A DNA stretch of 64,000 bases. Source: Mobula hypostoma. Its lineage: Eukaryota. The stretch is taken from positions 112,656,001-112,720,000 of the forward strand of contig NC_086097.1 in the NCBI RefSeq assembly GCF_963921235.1, in the 5' to 3' direction. The notes under the pieces were generated by a model that was given only the letters and a program-made list of their open reading frames with translations, had not been told where the DNA came from and made no database searches. Below, one piece after another: positions 1 through 12,300 of this stretch. Every line of letters begins with the position of its first letter. Position 1 is the first letter of the stretch. The position numbers and the translations under genes were made by a program.

Positions 1-881
1 TGCTCCTCGCAGTATACAGCCAATGCACCCAGGGCTCAAGGAAAATATTTAACTGAAGTAACCTTGATTGTTAAGGTAATCATCTCAAATTTTCAAAGCT
101 ATGCATTAAAACCTGCCCTTCTACCCCCACCTCCAGACTTGTTCCCAAATGATAGTTGGAAGGAACTAACATTATGAATAGCTTTAACATAAAGCATTGA
201 ACACACACATTTCCAACTCTCATGGGCATACAGGTGAATAACTAATGTCTAGCTCTGGTGAAGGATCTAATTTATCAGATTGCTTTTGTTTTGTTTCCTG
301 TTTGGCAAGGATGATTTTCTCAACTCATTTGTGCTACTTTCTACAATGTCTTAGTTATGCACATTTACTCCTTGTTTTTATCTAAAGGAATACTGTAATG
401 AAAAAAAAAAATTCGACATGCAACTTTGGGATCTCTGGACATAGTTTCCCATTGAAATGAGTAACAAGCATCATCAAATTAGTACTGTAATAATTTTATT
501 TAATCAAATCTAAATTTTTGTGTTGGAAATCTAAAACAGCTCTGTTGTACCGTAACTGAGATGCAGTGTTTAAGCTCAGCCTCTTTTAATAAATCCTGAG
601 GAAACATTAAAGAGCAAATTGAATTAAGCAATTGATCCAACTCCACTTTTAAGTCATCAGTGTAATTCCAAAAATGATATTAATTTCATTAAAAATAACT
701 ATTCAATATACTCTTCAAATGTGTATATTCAATCAACTTTGAAGATAAATAGAATATATATAATCTACAAAAAAAACTGACCAAGGAACATCAAAGCCAT
801 TCAGGTGTATTTTTGGTATGGAATGTATTTTTTCCCAAGTCTTGCAAAACAATCCATGTACAAAATAATCACATATATGAA

Positions 882-1054
882 CAACACACACCAAAGTTGC
901 TGGTGAACGCAGCAGGCCAAGCAGCATCTGTAGGAAGAGGTGCAGTCGACGTTTCAGGCCGAGACCCTTCGTCAGCTGCTTGGCCTGCTGCGTTCACCAG
1001 CAACTTTGATGCGTGTTGCTTGAATTTCCAGCATCTGCAGAATTCCTGTTGTTT
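882..1054. mobile_element. Short PLE pLTR insertion as an inverted pair (minus 882-975, plus 976-1054)
   Basis: Matches the pLTR at 55717-55850. 893-925 is the reverse complement of 976-1008. The hammerhead core is on the minus arm. Confidence 0.85.
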
Positions 1055-3161
1055 ACATATATGAGCAAATTTGTTATCTTATTTTTCCAATTCTTCTGAA
1101 ATTTTAAATTCCCATTTTAGCACACTCTTATATAAAAATAACTTGCAGTGTTAATTCTGTAATTAATTACGTACCATTTCTCTCTTTCAAGCAGATAGTA
1201 TGCACACCACAAGATTAACAAATATCGCTCTCATACTTATTAAAACTGACAATTTGGGTACCCTTATTCAAATTAATTCAACATCTAAGGATTAACTGAG
1301 AAAATACAACTTTGTTTTTGCTTTAATTTTATTATTGTCCTCAAAAGAAAGCAAATATTTTGAGCAAAATGGTGCAGAAACAAGATTTGAATCTGTATGT
1401 AAAAATCTATAAAAATTCCATTCAAGATGTAAGTGAATAGCACAACAAAAAAAATTCAAAAACTATCTCTGATTTCAATATCATAAACTGTACAAAAACT
1501 TGATTTTCAACAAAGAAGTTTACTTTCAAATAGCATATTACTTCATGGATATGCTGCTTGTGATTTCATAATAATGGCATTGCAACTGCTAACAAAACAT
1601 TTTGCCATGTGTTACAATATTGATAGGGTGTTATATATACATTGGTATATGTGTATTTATATATATAATCTATGACATCTTTCTCAAAATTACTTTGAGA
1701 TTATATTCAATAATATGGTGTTTTATGATAGTGTTTGTAAGTTGAAGAAGAGTTTAACCCATAGTGAAACAGAAAAGTGACCCCTCCTGGGTCAGACAGT
1801 GTCACTTCAGAGTTTAGAATGTGCTCTGGTTTTTCATTTGCCTTCTACATTGGAAAAGCATCTATTAATGTCAACCTCATGAAATGTTATTTTTCAACTT
1901 TTTCAATAAACATTCAATGACACTAGTTTAAAGGACAACTGTGTGCTATTAATCAAGATGGCCCTTGTAGCATTGCTTGCTTAAATGCAATATAATTTAA
2001 AAGTCCATGCACTATAAAGTCAAAATTCTGGGTTCTATTGCAGAGCTGTCTGAAAGATACATTAGTTGTGAAAATTACCCTAAGACACTGTAGGCACTGC
2101 TGTTGGTCAGTAGCTTTAAATATCTTCAGAGGACCTGTTCTGGGTCCAGCACGTACTCTAAGAGCTATTACAAAGAAGGCATGTCAGCACTTCTACTTCC
2201 TCAGAAGTTTGCAAAGATTCAGCATTGTACCTGAAACTTCTACAAATTTCTATAGAGGTATGGTGGAGTGTATACAGACTAGTTGCATCATGGCCTGGTA
2301 TGGAAATACCAATGCCTTTGAATGGAACAGCCACAGCTCATTGCAAGCAAAACCCTCCACTGTATTGAGCGCGTTTACAAGGAGCACTACCACAAGAAAG
2401 CAGTATCCAATCCATCATCAAAGACCTCTCTTCTCACTACTGCCACCGGGAAAGAGGTACAGCAGCCTTAGGTCCCCCACCAGCAGGTTCAGGAACAGTT
2501 ATTACTCCACAGCCCTCAGGCTACTGAACCAGAATCAATAACTTCTGGGTTCACTACCAGATAAGCTCAACACCTTCTATGTCTGGGAGAATATAACTAC
2601 AGCTGTGAAGATCCCTGCTGCCCCTGGTGACCCTGTGATCTCTGTCTTGGAGGCCAACGTCAGGTTGTCTTTCAGGAAGGTGAATCCTTGCAAGGCGGCA
2701 GGCCCCGAAAGAGTGCCTGATAAGGCTCTGAAAACTTGTGGCAATGAACTAATGGGAATATTCAAGGACATTTTCAATCTCTCACTGCTATGATCGGAAG
2801 TTCCCATCTGCTTCAAAAAGGCAACAACTATACCAGTGCCTAAGAAGAGTAATGTGAGTTGTTTTAATGACTTTCGCCCAGTAGCACTCACATCTACAGT
2901 GATGAAATGCTTTGAGAGGTTGGTCATAGCTAGAATCAACTTCTGCCTCAGCAAGGACCTGGACCCACTGCAATTTGCCTTTCGCCAGAATAGGTCTATG
3001 GCAGATGCAAACTCAATGGCGTTTCAATTGCCCTTAGATCACCTGGATAATACAAACACCTATGTCAGGATGCTGTTCATTGACATTTAAAACTAGCATT
3101 CGCACAGTCCTGATCGATAAGTTACAGAACCTGGGCCTCTGTACCTCCTTCTGCAATTGAA

Positions 3162-3323
3162 TCCTCAACTTGCTAACTGGAAGAGCACAATCTGTGCAGA
3201 TTGGTGATAACATATCCTCCTCGCTGATGATCAACATTGGCGTCCTCAACTTGCTAACTGGAAGAGCACAATCTGTGCAGATTGGTGATAACATATCCTC
3301 CTCGCTGATGATCAACATTGGCG
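3162..3323 (+). repeat. Perfect 81-bp tandem duplication inside the Rex RT
   Basis: 3162-3242 equals 3243-3323. The peptide LTGRAQSVQIGDNISSSLMINIG repeats in frame. Confidence 0.95.
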
Positions 3324-4227
3324 CACCTCAGGGAAGTGTGCTTAGCCCACTGCTCTACTCTCTCTATACCCTTGACCGTGTGGCAAGGCATAGCTTAAAT
3401 ACCATCTATAAATTTGCTGACGATACAACCATTGTTGGTAGACTCTCAGATGGAGATGAGAGGGTGTACAGGAGTGAGGTATACAAGCTAGATGAGTGGT
3501 GTCACAGCAACAACCTTGCACTCAACGTCAGTAAGATTGTGGACTTCAGCAAGGGTAAAACGAGGGAACACAATCCAATCCTCATAGAGGGATCAGAAGT
3601 GGAGAGAGTGAGCAGCTTCAAGATATCTGAGGATCTAAGCTGGTCTCAACATATCGATGCAGCTATAAAGAAGGCAAGACAACAGCTATATTTAATTTGG
3701 AGTTTTAAGAGATTTGGTTTGTCAACAAAACACTGAAAATCTTCCATAAGTACCTTGATGAACATTCCAACAGGCTGTATCACTGTCTGGTATGGGGGTG
3801 CGGGGGGGCGACTGCACAGGAACAAAAGTCTCTACAGAAAGTTCTAAAATTAGTCAGCTCCATCGAGGGTACTAGCCTCCATAGTATCCAAAACATCTTC
3901 ATGGAATGGTGCCTCAGAAAGATGGCATCCATTATTAAGGATGCCCAGCACCCAGGATATGACATCTTCTCATTGTTACCATCACGAAGGGGACGCATAT
4001 GCTTGAAGGCACGCACTCAGCGATTCAGGAACAGCTTCTTCCCCTCTGCCATCCGATTCCTAAATGGACATTGAACCCATGAATTCTACCTCACTTTTTT
4101 ACAAACATTATCTCTGTTTTGCACTATTTTCAATCTAACTATTTAATATACATATATACTTACCATAATTCATTTACTTATTTATTTTTTCTTTCTATAT
4201 TATCATGAATTGCATTGAACTGCTGCT

Positions 4228-4860
4228 CACATCAAAGTTGCTGGTGAATGCAGCAGGCCAGGTAGCATCTCCAGGAAGAGGTACAGTCGACGTTTCAGGT
4301 CGAGACCCTTCATCAGGACTAACTGAAAGAAGAGCTAGTAAGAGATTTGAAGGTGGGAGGGGGAGAGGGAGATCCAAAATGATAGGAGAAGACAAGAGGG
4401 GGAGGGATGGAGCCAAGAGCTGGACAGTTGATTGGCCAAAGGGATAAGAGAGGATCATGGTACAGGAGGCCTAGGGAGAAAGAAAAGGGGGAGGGGAGAA
4501 AAAAGCCCAGAGGATGGGCAAGGGGTATAGTGAGAGGGACAGAGGGAGAAAAAGAATGTGTGTATGTAAATAAATAATGGATGGGGTACGAGGAGGAGGT
4601 GGGGCATTAGCAGAAGTTTGAGAAGTTAATGTTCATGCCATCAGGTTGGAGGCTACCCAGATGGAATATAAGGTGTTGTTTCTCCAACCTGAGTGTGGCT
4701 TCATCTTTATAATAGAGGAGGCTGTGGATAGACATACCAGAATGGGAATGGGATGTGGAATTAAAATGTGTGGCCACTGGGAGATCCTGCTTTCTCTGGC
4801 AGACAGAGCATAGGTGTTCAGCGAAACGATCTCCCAGTCTGCGTGGGGCTACACATCAGT
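4228..4860 (-). mobile_element. 5'-truncated PLE (GIY-YIG C-terminus plus pLTR)
   Basis: Reverse complement of about 55195-55812. Flanked by ctgctgct at 4220-4227/4861-4868. Confidence 0.9.
4285..4320 (-). ncRNA. Minimal type-I hammerhead ribozyme, intact core
   Basis: Minus strand reads agtc-CTGATGA-agg(gtctcga)cct-GAAAC-GTC^-gact. Stems I and II pair, and a palindromic ACGT replaces stem III. Confidence 0.85.
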
Positions 4861-5197
4861 CTGCTGCTGCTAAGTTAACAAATTTCACGACACATGCTAA
4901 TGATAATAAACCTGCTTCTGATTCTGAACTTCACTCATCCCAACATTGAACTGAATTCACAACATATTGACTCACTTTCTTGGACTCTACAATACATGTT
5001 CTCAATTATTTATTTATTTATTTGTTTATTTGTTTGTTTGTTTATTTATTTATTGGGTTTGTTTGCATTTGCAGAATGTGCTGTATTTTTCATATTAGTT
5101 GTTTATCCATCTTTTTGTGCAGTTTTTCATTGAGTCTATAGTATTTATTGTGAATGTCCACAAGAAAATGAATTTCAGGATAGTATGAGATGACATA

Positions 5198-5642
5198 TAC
5201 TTAGTGGCTACTTTATTAGGCTCAGTTCAGACCAAGCATCAGAATGGGTAAAATGTGCTCTTAGTGACTTTCACTATTGTTGGTGCCAGATGGGGTGGTT
5301 TTTCTTAGAAACTGATATCCTTGGACTTCCACCTGCAACAGTCTCTGGAGTTTTCAGAGAATGGTACGAAAAAACATCCAGTGAGCAACAGCTCTGTGGG
5401 AAAAAATGATTTGTTAATGAGATCGGTCAGAGGAGAATGGCCAGATGGGTTCAAGCCGACAGGAAGGCAACAGTAACTCACATAACCATGCGTTACAACA
5501 GCGGTATGCAGAAGAGCATCTCTGAATACACAACACATTGAACCTTGAAGTGAATGGGCTACAGTAGCCAAAGACCACAAACATACACTCAGTGACCACT
5601 TTATTGGGTAATGGAGGTATCTAATAAAGTGGCTGCTAAGTG
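5198..5642 (+). mobile_element. Non-autonomous Tc1-like element
   Basis: TIR-like ends related to cactcagtggccactttattagg. Contains a decayed paired/HTH N-terminal transposase sequence. Inserted in the tail of element A. Confidence 0.85.
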
Positions 5643-6029
5643 TTTATGTACTTTAATAATAAATACACTTTGAAATATGAATTAACTTTGAAAGTGTCAA
5701 AATTGCACTTGGAAATTACTCAGAATAGGTGTTTCCATTTTGATCTTGTATGCACACTTATGTGTAAAAATTGGCCAGAAGCTGCAAGTGGTGCAGGTGA
5801 GATTGAGAACCCTAAAGGAGTAGGCAAAGAAGAGCAAACATTTGAAGACCTTATCCCCACAGATTCCAAAGGGACACAGCGATTTATTTTAACTCTTCCA
5901 AGAGCTACTTATCCACAGCAGTCAACCTGGATAGACAACATTTGTTGTTGGCAATGATCTGATTGTAGAATCTGAAGCAACAGGTGTGGCATGTCTCCTG
6001 TAGTCTTTCAATTTCTATGAGCTATCATT

Positions 6030-6200
6030 GGAAGGAATACCATAACACAACCAGTGGAGAACGTCATCCACATTGAAATGCATGCTGGAGTCTGTACCAA
6101 TCCAGAGGTGCACTGCTATATACTCCCTCTACTTTGATGTAATCCATTGTATGTCCTGCATCACCATTGACAAGAGAGCACAGCAATGCCTTGGGTGTTA
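6030..6200 (+). pseudogene. Possible PIF/Harbinger transposase relic
   Basis: 6092-6127 translates to LYQSRGALLYTP, resembling the Harbinger/HARBI1 motif LDRSGGALQYSP as recalled. Otherwise heavily decayed. Confidence 0.3.
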
Positions 6201-6859
6201 CATCAGGATGAGGAGGAAAACACAATCAACATGCTGTGGATAAACATGGATTATGTAGTGAACCACAGGAAGGAGACTGTTTTCACTCATGTAGATGGCC
6301 ATATTTAACAGTTTGAATATCTCATGACCACATCACATTTCTCTCACAGAGCACTTCATGGTCCTCCCTCCATTGTGGCTCCATGACACTGAACAGTACA
6401 CACCAGAAACATGGTTCCCAGGTAGCCAAAGCTGAAATGATGCCAGTACATAATCAACTTTCTTTTCGCACACATGCCACCTCATGCAAAAAAGAAAATA
6501 AAATTGTAACTTATTGTCGGAGGCCAAGCAACCTGGACATTTTACTTCACATCATTGGCATATTGGTCTAGCACCAATACCTCAGACATATGCTAAGCAA
6601 TTTTGTGCCCCCAAACCCAAATTAATGAATTAGTATGCCATGAATAATGGAGCCAAAAGTTATCACTATTGATGTAACTTGACTAAAGGGGTTCTAAACA
6701 AAAACTTTCAAGGATACATCATTGCAGATCCACACCAGTTTGCCTCACAGGATAAGGTATTGTTATCATTAACAGGTCATGACATATAAGGTCATGGAAG
6801 CTAAAGAGTTCAAGAAAGAGAACACCAATGAACTTAAATTTATCAACATTATGAAAAGA

Positions 6860-7100
6860 GAGGCATTGGCATTCTTGAGGTGCATACAGGTGGATAAAAC
6901 CCTGGGGCCTGAGCAAGTTTATCCCAGGAGATTGTGGGAACCAAGGGAAGAAATTTCTGGTTGCCCTGCGGAGATTTTCTTATTTTTCACAGCCAATGGC
7001 AAGATAGCAGAAGAATGGAGAATAACTAATGCTGTGTTTTTATTTAGAAAGTTTGGAAGGACAAATATCATTGATGAGAAAATCGTTAGAGGGGAATTCT
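6860..7100 (+). mobile_element. Old CR1 ORF2 fragment
   Basis: VDKTLGPEQVYPRRLWE..EEI...AEIF...EEWR matches VDKSLGPDRVFP...EDWR of the CR1 at 45128-47025. Confidence 0.8.
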
Positions 7101-7359
7101 AAAATATGTTCAAAGTTCAAAGTAAATGGACTCATTTTCAAGGACTTTTCATCTCATGTTCTCGATATTAATTGCTAATTTATTATTATTATTATTATTA
7201 TTATTTTATTTTTGTATTTATTGTCTTTTACAGTCTATTGTCTTTTGCACACCGGTTGAACACCCAAGTTGGTGCAGGTATTATTCTATTATGCATTTAT
7301 TTCAGTATGCCTGCAAAAAAATGACCCTGAGAGTTGCATATGGTGACATATACGTACTT

Positions 7360-8480
7360 TAGATGATATTCCAAATCTTCACAAACTCCTAAGAATGTAG
7401 AGGCGTTGCTGTGCTTCCTTCGTAATTGCACTAATGTGCTGTGTCCAGGACAGGTCCTCTGAAATGATTACACCGAGGAATTTAAGGTTGCTGACCCTCT
7501 CCAACTCTGATCCTCTGATGAGGACAAATTCATGGACCTCTGTTTTCCATCTCGTGAAGTCAATAATCAGCTCCTTGATCTGCTGGTATTGAGTGAGAGG
7601 TTGTTGTCGCGATACCACTCAGCCAGATTTTCAATCTCCCTCCTACATGCTGACTCGTCATCACTTTTATTCAGCCTAACACTGTGGTGTCTTCAGCAAA
7701 CTTGAATATAGCTTTGAAGCTGGGCTTAGCCACACAGTCATAAGTGTGCAGCAAGTAGAGCAGGGGATAAGCACGCAGCCTTATGATGTACCTATGCTGA
7801 TGGAGACTGTGGAGCAGATGTTGTTGCCAACCTGAACCCACTGGGGTCTGGCAAGTGAGGAAATCTAGGATCCAATGTCCCGGTAGGTATTGAGGCCAAT
7901 GTCTTGACACTTATTGATTGGTTTTGAGCGGATGATGGTATTGAATTCCGAGCTGTAGTCGGTAAAGAGCATCCTGATGTATGCACCTTTACTGAATAAT
8001 AGTCATTGAGGAAGTTTACCATGTTCTTCTTAGGCATTGATATAAGTAAAGTATACTTGAAGCAGGTGGGAACTTCAGACTGCCGAAGTGAGAGGTTAAA
8101 GCTCAGTGAACACGTCAGCCAGTTGATCAGCACAGGTCTTTATTACTTGACCAGGTACCCCAGGCCAGATATTTTTTGTAGGTTCACCGTTCTGAAGGAT
8201 GCTCCTACGTCAGCCTCAAAGACTGAAATCGCAGGATTATCGGTGCTGTGGAAGTTTGAGAAGGATCTTCCATGCTTTGATGGTCAAAGCGAGCATAGAA
8301 GGCATTGAGCTAATCTGGAAGCAAAGCCCTGTTGTCACCTATGTCACCTGATTTTATGTTATAAGGGATGAGAGCATTCAAGCCCTGCCACAACTGTTGA
8401 GTATCCTTCATTGGTTCACTTGCATCTTCAGCTTTCTGGAGATTGTACCTGGACCTCTTGTAACTTGGTCTCAGACTTGA
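7360..8480 (-). mobile_element. Decayed Rex1/Babar RT fragment
   Basis: Minus-strand ORFs FNLSLRQSEVPTCFK, IFKFAEDTT and KEAQQRLYILRSL. Confidence 0.85.
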
Positions 8481-8799
8481 ATGCTAATAGGGAGTATATG
8501 ATTAAGCAAAAGAAGGCAAAAGAGACAAACGATGCCAAGATTGGGGGTGGGGTGGGCTATAAGAATGGACTATTTTAAGGAAGCTGAAGATGGATTAAGT
8601 GGTGCATCTCAGGTGGGAGACAGTTTTCAGTCATGTGATGGCCATATTTTAGTAGCCTGGAGATCTCATGAACACATCACATTTCTCTCACATATTGCTT
8701 TGTGGACCTCCCTCTATTGTTACAGCCCATGACACAGAGTGGAAGTGAAGCTCTGCTGGCTTATGATTTGAGACATCAAGGAAAGTGAAGAATCCTGGT

Positions 8800-9160
8800 T
8801 CTTAGGCAAGGTTTAATTGATGCAGTTTGTGGATTGGACTCTGCAGTTCATGTTATGATGTGTTTCTGGTTTCTAGTTGCCATTTTGGGCATTTTTGATT
8901 GGGGCAGCCTGCAGATAATGAACAACAAAGTACTAGATTGAACTGAACTGAGCTGAATGGAATATGCCTGGACTCCTTCCATTTTGTTTTTTATGCTTGC
9001 TTTTTCAGCTGTTTGCACAACTGTTTGCTTTTTGGCTGTTGATGTTTTTCTTTGAATGGAGTTCATGGCTTTCTCTGTTTCATGGCTGTCTGTGGGAAGA
9101 CAAATCTCAGGGTTGTATACACACTTTGATAATAAATTTACTTTGAATCTCGAATCTTTG
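8800..9160 (+). mobile_element. Non-autonomous retroposon with Rex-type 3' tail
   Basis: Ends aatctcagggttgtata...ctttgataataaatttactttgaa, the same tail as the Rex LINE at 48600-48673. Related copies near 24290-24540, 31365-31760(-), 33780-34145 and 40050-40490. Confidence 0.65.
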
Positions 9161-9169
9161 AAAAAGATT

Positions 9170-9370
9170 TAAGATTACCTTTATTTGTCTCTTGTATACC
9201 GAAACATAGAGTGAAATGCATTGCTTGCATCAGAGTTGTGCTGGATCAGTCCGTAAGTGTTGCCACACTTCCGGCACCAACATAACATGCCCACAACTTA
9301 TTATCCCTAACGCTTACATCTTTGGAATGTGGGAGGAAATAGGAGCATTTGGAGAAAACACATACAGTGA
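9170..9370 (-). mobile_element. V-SINE fragment
   Basis: Reverse complement contains the V-domain-like tttcctcccacattccaaagatgt. Homologous to 13760-14030. Confidence 0.65.
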
Positions 9371-9624
9371 CTCTTGTAGATCATATTAAAGATAATTGTT
9401 GATGCTATATGCTCAAAATAAATCTCCACCTGCGTTACTAATAAACAGCTACTGATGAATGGGCCACTATGAATACCTTACAAAAGATATTATTTATCAT
9501 AACCTACAGACACATGCCATGTCTAATTACTATGCCCTGTATCCCAGTTGTCACCCAAGTCAGTACATCTCTTTCTTTAGACATTCTGCAAACTCTGTAC
9601 AGACAATGGCAAGTATTGAACACT

Positions 9625-11920
9625 GATCTGTACTTGATCTTTTCATCTCCAACTGTCTCCGAGACATCAAGCATCTCAACTTCACCACTCCTCTCTCCTG
9701 TTCCAACCTCACTCCCTCTGAACGCACTGCCCTCCACTCTCTCCGCACTAATCCCTACCTCACCATCAAACCCGCAGACAAAGGTGCTGCCGTAGTTGTC
9801 TGGCGGACGGACCTCAACCGCACTGAGGCCAAACAGCAGTTCTCTGACATCTCCTCTTACTTACCCCTGGAACAGGACCCCACCAAAAAACATCAAACCA
9901 TTGTCTCCCGTACCATCACCACCCTTATCAACTCCGGAGACCTTCCATCCTCAGCCACAAAAGTCATAATTCCCACACCCCACACAGCTTGGTTTTACCT
10001 CCTCCCCAAGATCTACAAGCCTGACTGTCCCAGTAGACCCATAGTTTCTGCCTGCTCCTGCCCCACTGAACTTGTATCTGCCTACCTGGACTCTACTTTG
10101 TCACCCACAGTTCAGTCCCTCCCCACGTACATCCAGGATACATCCCATTCCCTCCACCTCTTCAATAACTTCCAGTTCCCCAGTCCCGACCGCTTCATTT
10201 TCACTATGGATATCCAATCCTTATACACCTCCATTCCCCATCAAGAAGGCCTCAAAGCCCTCCGTTACCTTCTGGACAATAGACCTCACCAGTTCCCCAC
10301 CACCACCACCCTCCTCTGGTTGGCGGAGCTGGTACTCACACTTAATAACTTTTCTTTTGGCTCTTCCCACTTTCTTCAGACCAAGGGTGTAGCTCTGGGC
10401 ACTCGCATCGGCCCTAGCTATGCCTGCCTCTTGGTTTGTTATGTGGAACAGTCTGTACTCCAAACCTATACTGGTACTGCTCCTCAACTTTTCCTTCGGT
10501 ACATTGATGACTACATTAGTGCTGCTTCCTGCACCCATGCTGAGCTCGTCAATTTCATCGACTTTACTTCAAACTTCCATCCAGCCCTTAAATTCACATG
10601 GTCCATCTTGGACACTTCTCTCCCCTTTCTCGATCTCTCGGTCTCCATCTCTGGAGACAGACTGTCCATTGACATCTTTTATAAGTCCACTGACTCTCAT
10701 AACTACATCGACTATACCTCTTCCCACCCTGCCACATGCAAAAATGCCATTTCCTATTCCCAGTTCCTCTGTTTCTGCTGCATCTGCTCCCAGGATGAGG
10801 CTTTCCGTTCCAGGACATCTCAAATGTCCTCTTTTTTTAAGGATCACGGTTTCCCTTCTGCTGTCATCATTTGATACCCTCACCTGCATCTCCTCCATTT
10901 CCCGCACTTTGGTCCTCGCCCCATCCTCCCGTCACCACAGCAGGGACAGAGTTCCCCTTGTCCTCACCTACCACCCCACCACCCTCCAGATCCAGCACAT
11001 TATCCTCCGCAACTTCCGTCACCTTCAACAGGACCCCAGCACTAAGCGCATCTTTCCTTCTCTACCCCTCTCCGCTTTCCGCAGGGATCGTTCCCTCCAT
11101 GATTCCCTGGTCCACATGTCCCTCCCCACGGATCTCCCCCACCCGGCACTTATCCCTGTAAGCGTAAGTGCTACACCTGTCCCTACACCTCCTCTCTTGC
11201 CATCATTCAGGGCCCCAAACAGTCCAGGTGAGGCAACACTTCACCTGTGAGTCTGTTGGGGTCATCTATTGCATCTGGTGCTCCCGGTGCGGCCTCCTCT
11301 ACATCGGTGAAACCCGACGCAGATTGGGGGACCGCTTTGTTGAGCACCTCCGCTCCGTCCATCAGAACAGACAGGATCTCCCGGTTGCAACCCACTTGAA
11401 CTCTGCTTCACACTCCCATTTGGATATGTCCATACATGATGAGGCCAAACTCAGGTTGGAGGAGCAACACCTCATATACCGTCTGGGTAGTCTCCAGCCC
11501 CTTGCTATGAAAATTGAATTCTGGTAATTCCCTCCCCCTCCCTTCCTCCATCCCAGTTTCATTCTGCCCCCTCCCCCAGCTGCCTATCACTTCCCTCATG
11601 ATTCCGTCTCCTTATACTACCCATTGTGCTTTCCCCTATTCCTTCTTCACCTTTCCTGCCTATCACCTCCCTGCTTCCCCTCCCCCACCCCTTTATCTCT
11701 CCCCTTACTGGTTTTTCACCTGGAACCTACCAGCCTTCTCCTTCCCTTCCTCCCCCCACCTTCTTTATAGGGCCTCTGCCCCCTCCCTGTTCAGTCCTGA
11801 TGAAGGGTTCCGGCCTGAAATGTTGACTGTTCGTTTCCACGGATGCTGCCCGTCCTGCTGAGTTCCTCCAGCGTGTTGTGTATGTTGCTTTGACCCCAGC
11901 ATCTGCAAAGTATTTGGTGT
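9625..11920 (+). mobile_element. Long PLE: RT plus GIY-YIG endonuclease pseudogene and 3' pLTR
   Basis: IKPADKG, MDIQSLYTSIP, QTKGVALG, RYIDD, FLD, then GVIYCIWCSRCGLLYIGET.R.L..RF.EH. Frameshifted. Pyrimidine-rich pLTR with hammerhead. Confidence 0.95.
11792..11829 (+). ncRNA. Minimal hammerhead motif (CpG-decayed)
   Basis: cagtc-CTGATGA-agg(gttccgg)cct-GAAA-tgtt-gactg. Confidence 0.7.
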
Positions 11921-12300
11921 GTGCAGGAGGATCTCAGCAGGTCAAGTAGCATCTGTGGAGGCTGAGACTTACTTGATGTTTCAGATTGAGGCCCTGCATC
12001 TGGACTAAGATTAGGAGAGAGAAGCAGCCAGAATAAGAAGGTTGGAGGAGGGGAGGAGTACCAGCTGGTAGGTGATTGATGAAGCAAAGTGGGTGGATGT
12101 GGGAGATGGATGAAGTGAGAAGCTGGGAGGTGATAAATAGAAGAGGTAAAGTTCTGAAGAAGAATGAATCTGATAAGAAAGGAGATTGGACCATGGGAGA
12201 AAAGGAAGGAGGAGGGGTACCAGAGGGAGGTGATAAGAAGGTGATGAGAAGAGAGGAGTTAAGAGGGGAGCCAGAATAGGGAATGGAAAAAATAGAGATG
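11921..12300 (-). mobile_element. Older PLE pLTR, tail-to-tail with the preceding element
   Basis: Purine-rich reverse complement of the pLTR type at 47028-47375. Degenerate hammerhead near 11970-12006. Confidence 0.75.

Larger units (their letters stand above)
2546..4926 (+). mobile_element. 5'-truncated Rex1/Babar-type LINE (RT pseudogene), element B
   Basis: RT motifs across frames: [46 protein letters not shown]. Stops and frameshifts present. Tail ...aataaacctgcttctgattctg. Candidate TSD aacttc at 2540-2545/4927-4932. Confidence 0.9.
2120..5690 (+). mobile_element. Rex1/Babar-type LINE 3' fragment (host element A), split by nested insertions
   Basis: ORF 2038-2541 has KKACQHFYFLRSL..NFYRG.VE....CIMAWYGN, typical of the Rex1/Babar C-terminus. 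The 3' UTR resumes at 4927 and the tail (gtactttaataataaa...ctttgaa) at 5648-5690. Confidence 0.7.

Noticed and set aside
10420..11250. 276-aa Ser/Pro-rich ORF as a novel protein
   Set aside because: It is an off-frame read of the PLE RT that enters the true frame after a frameshift.
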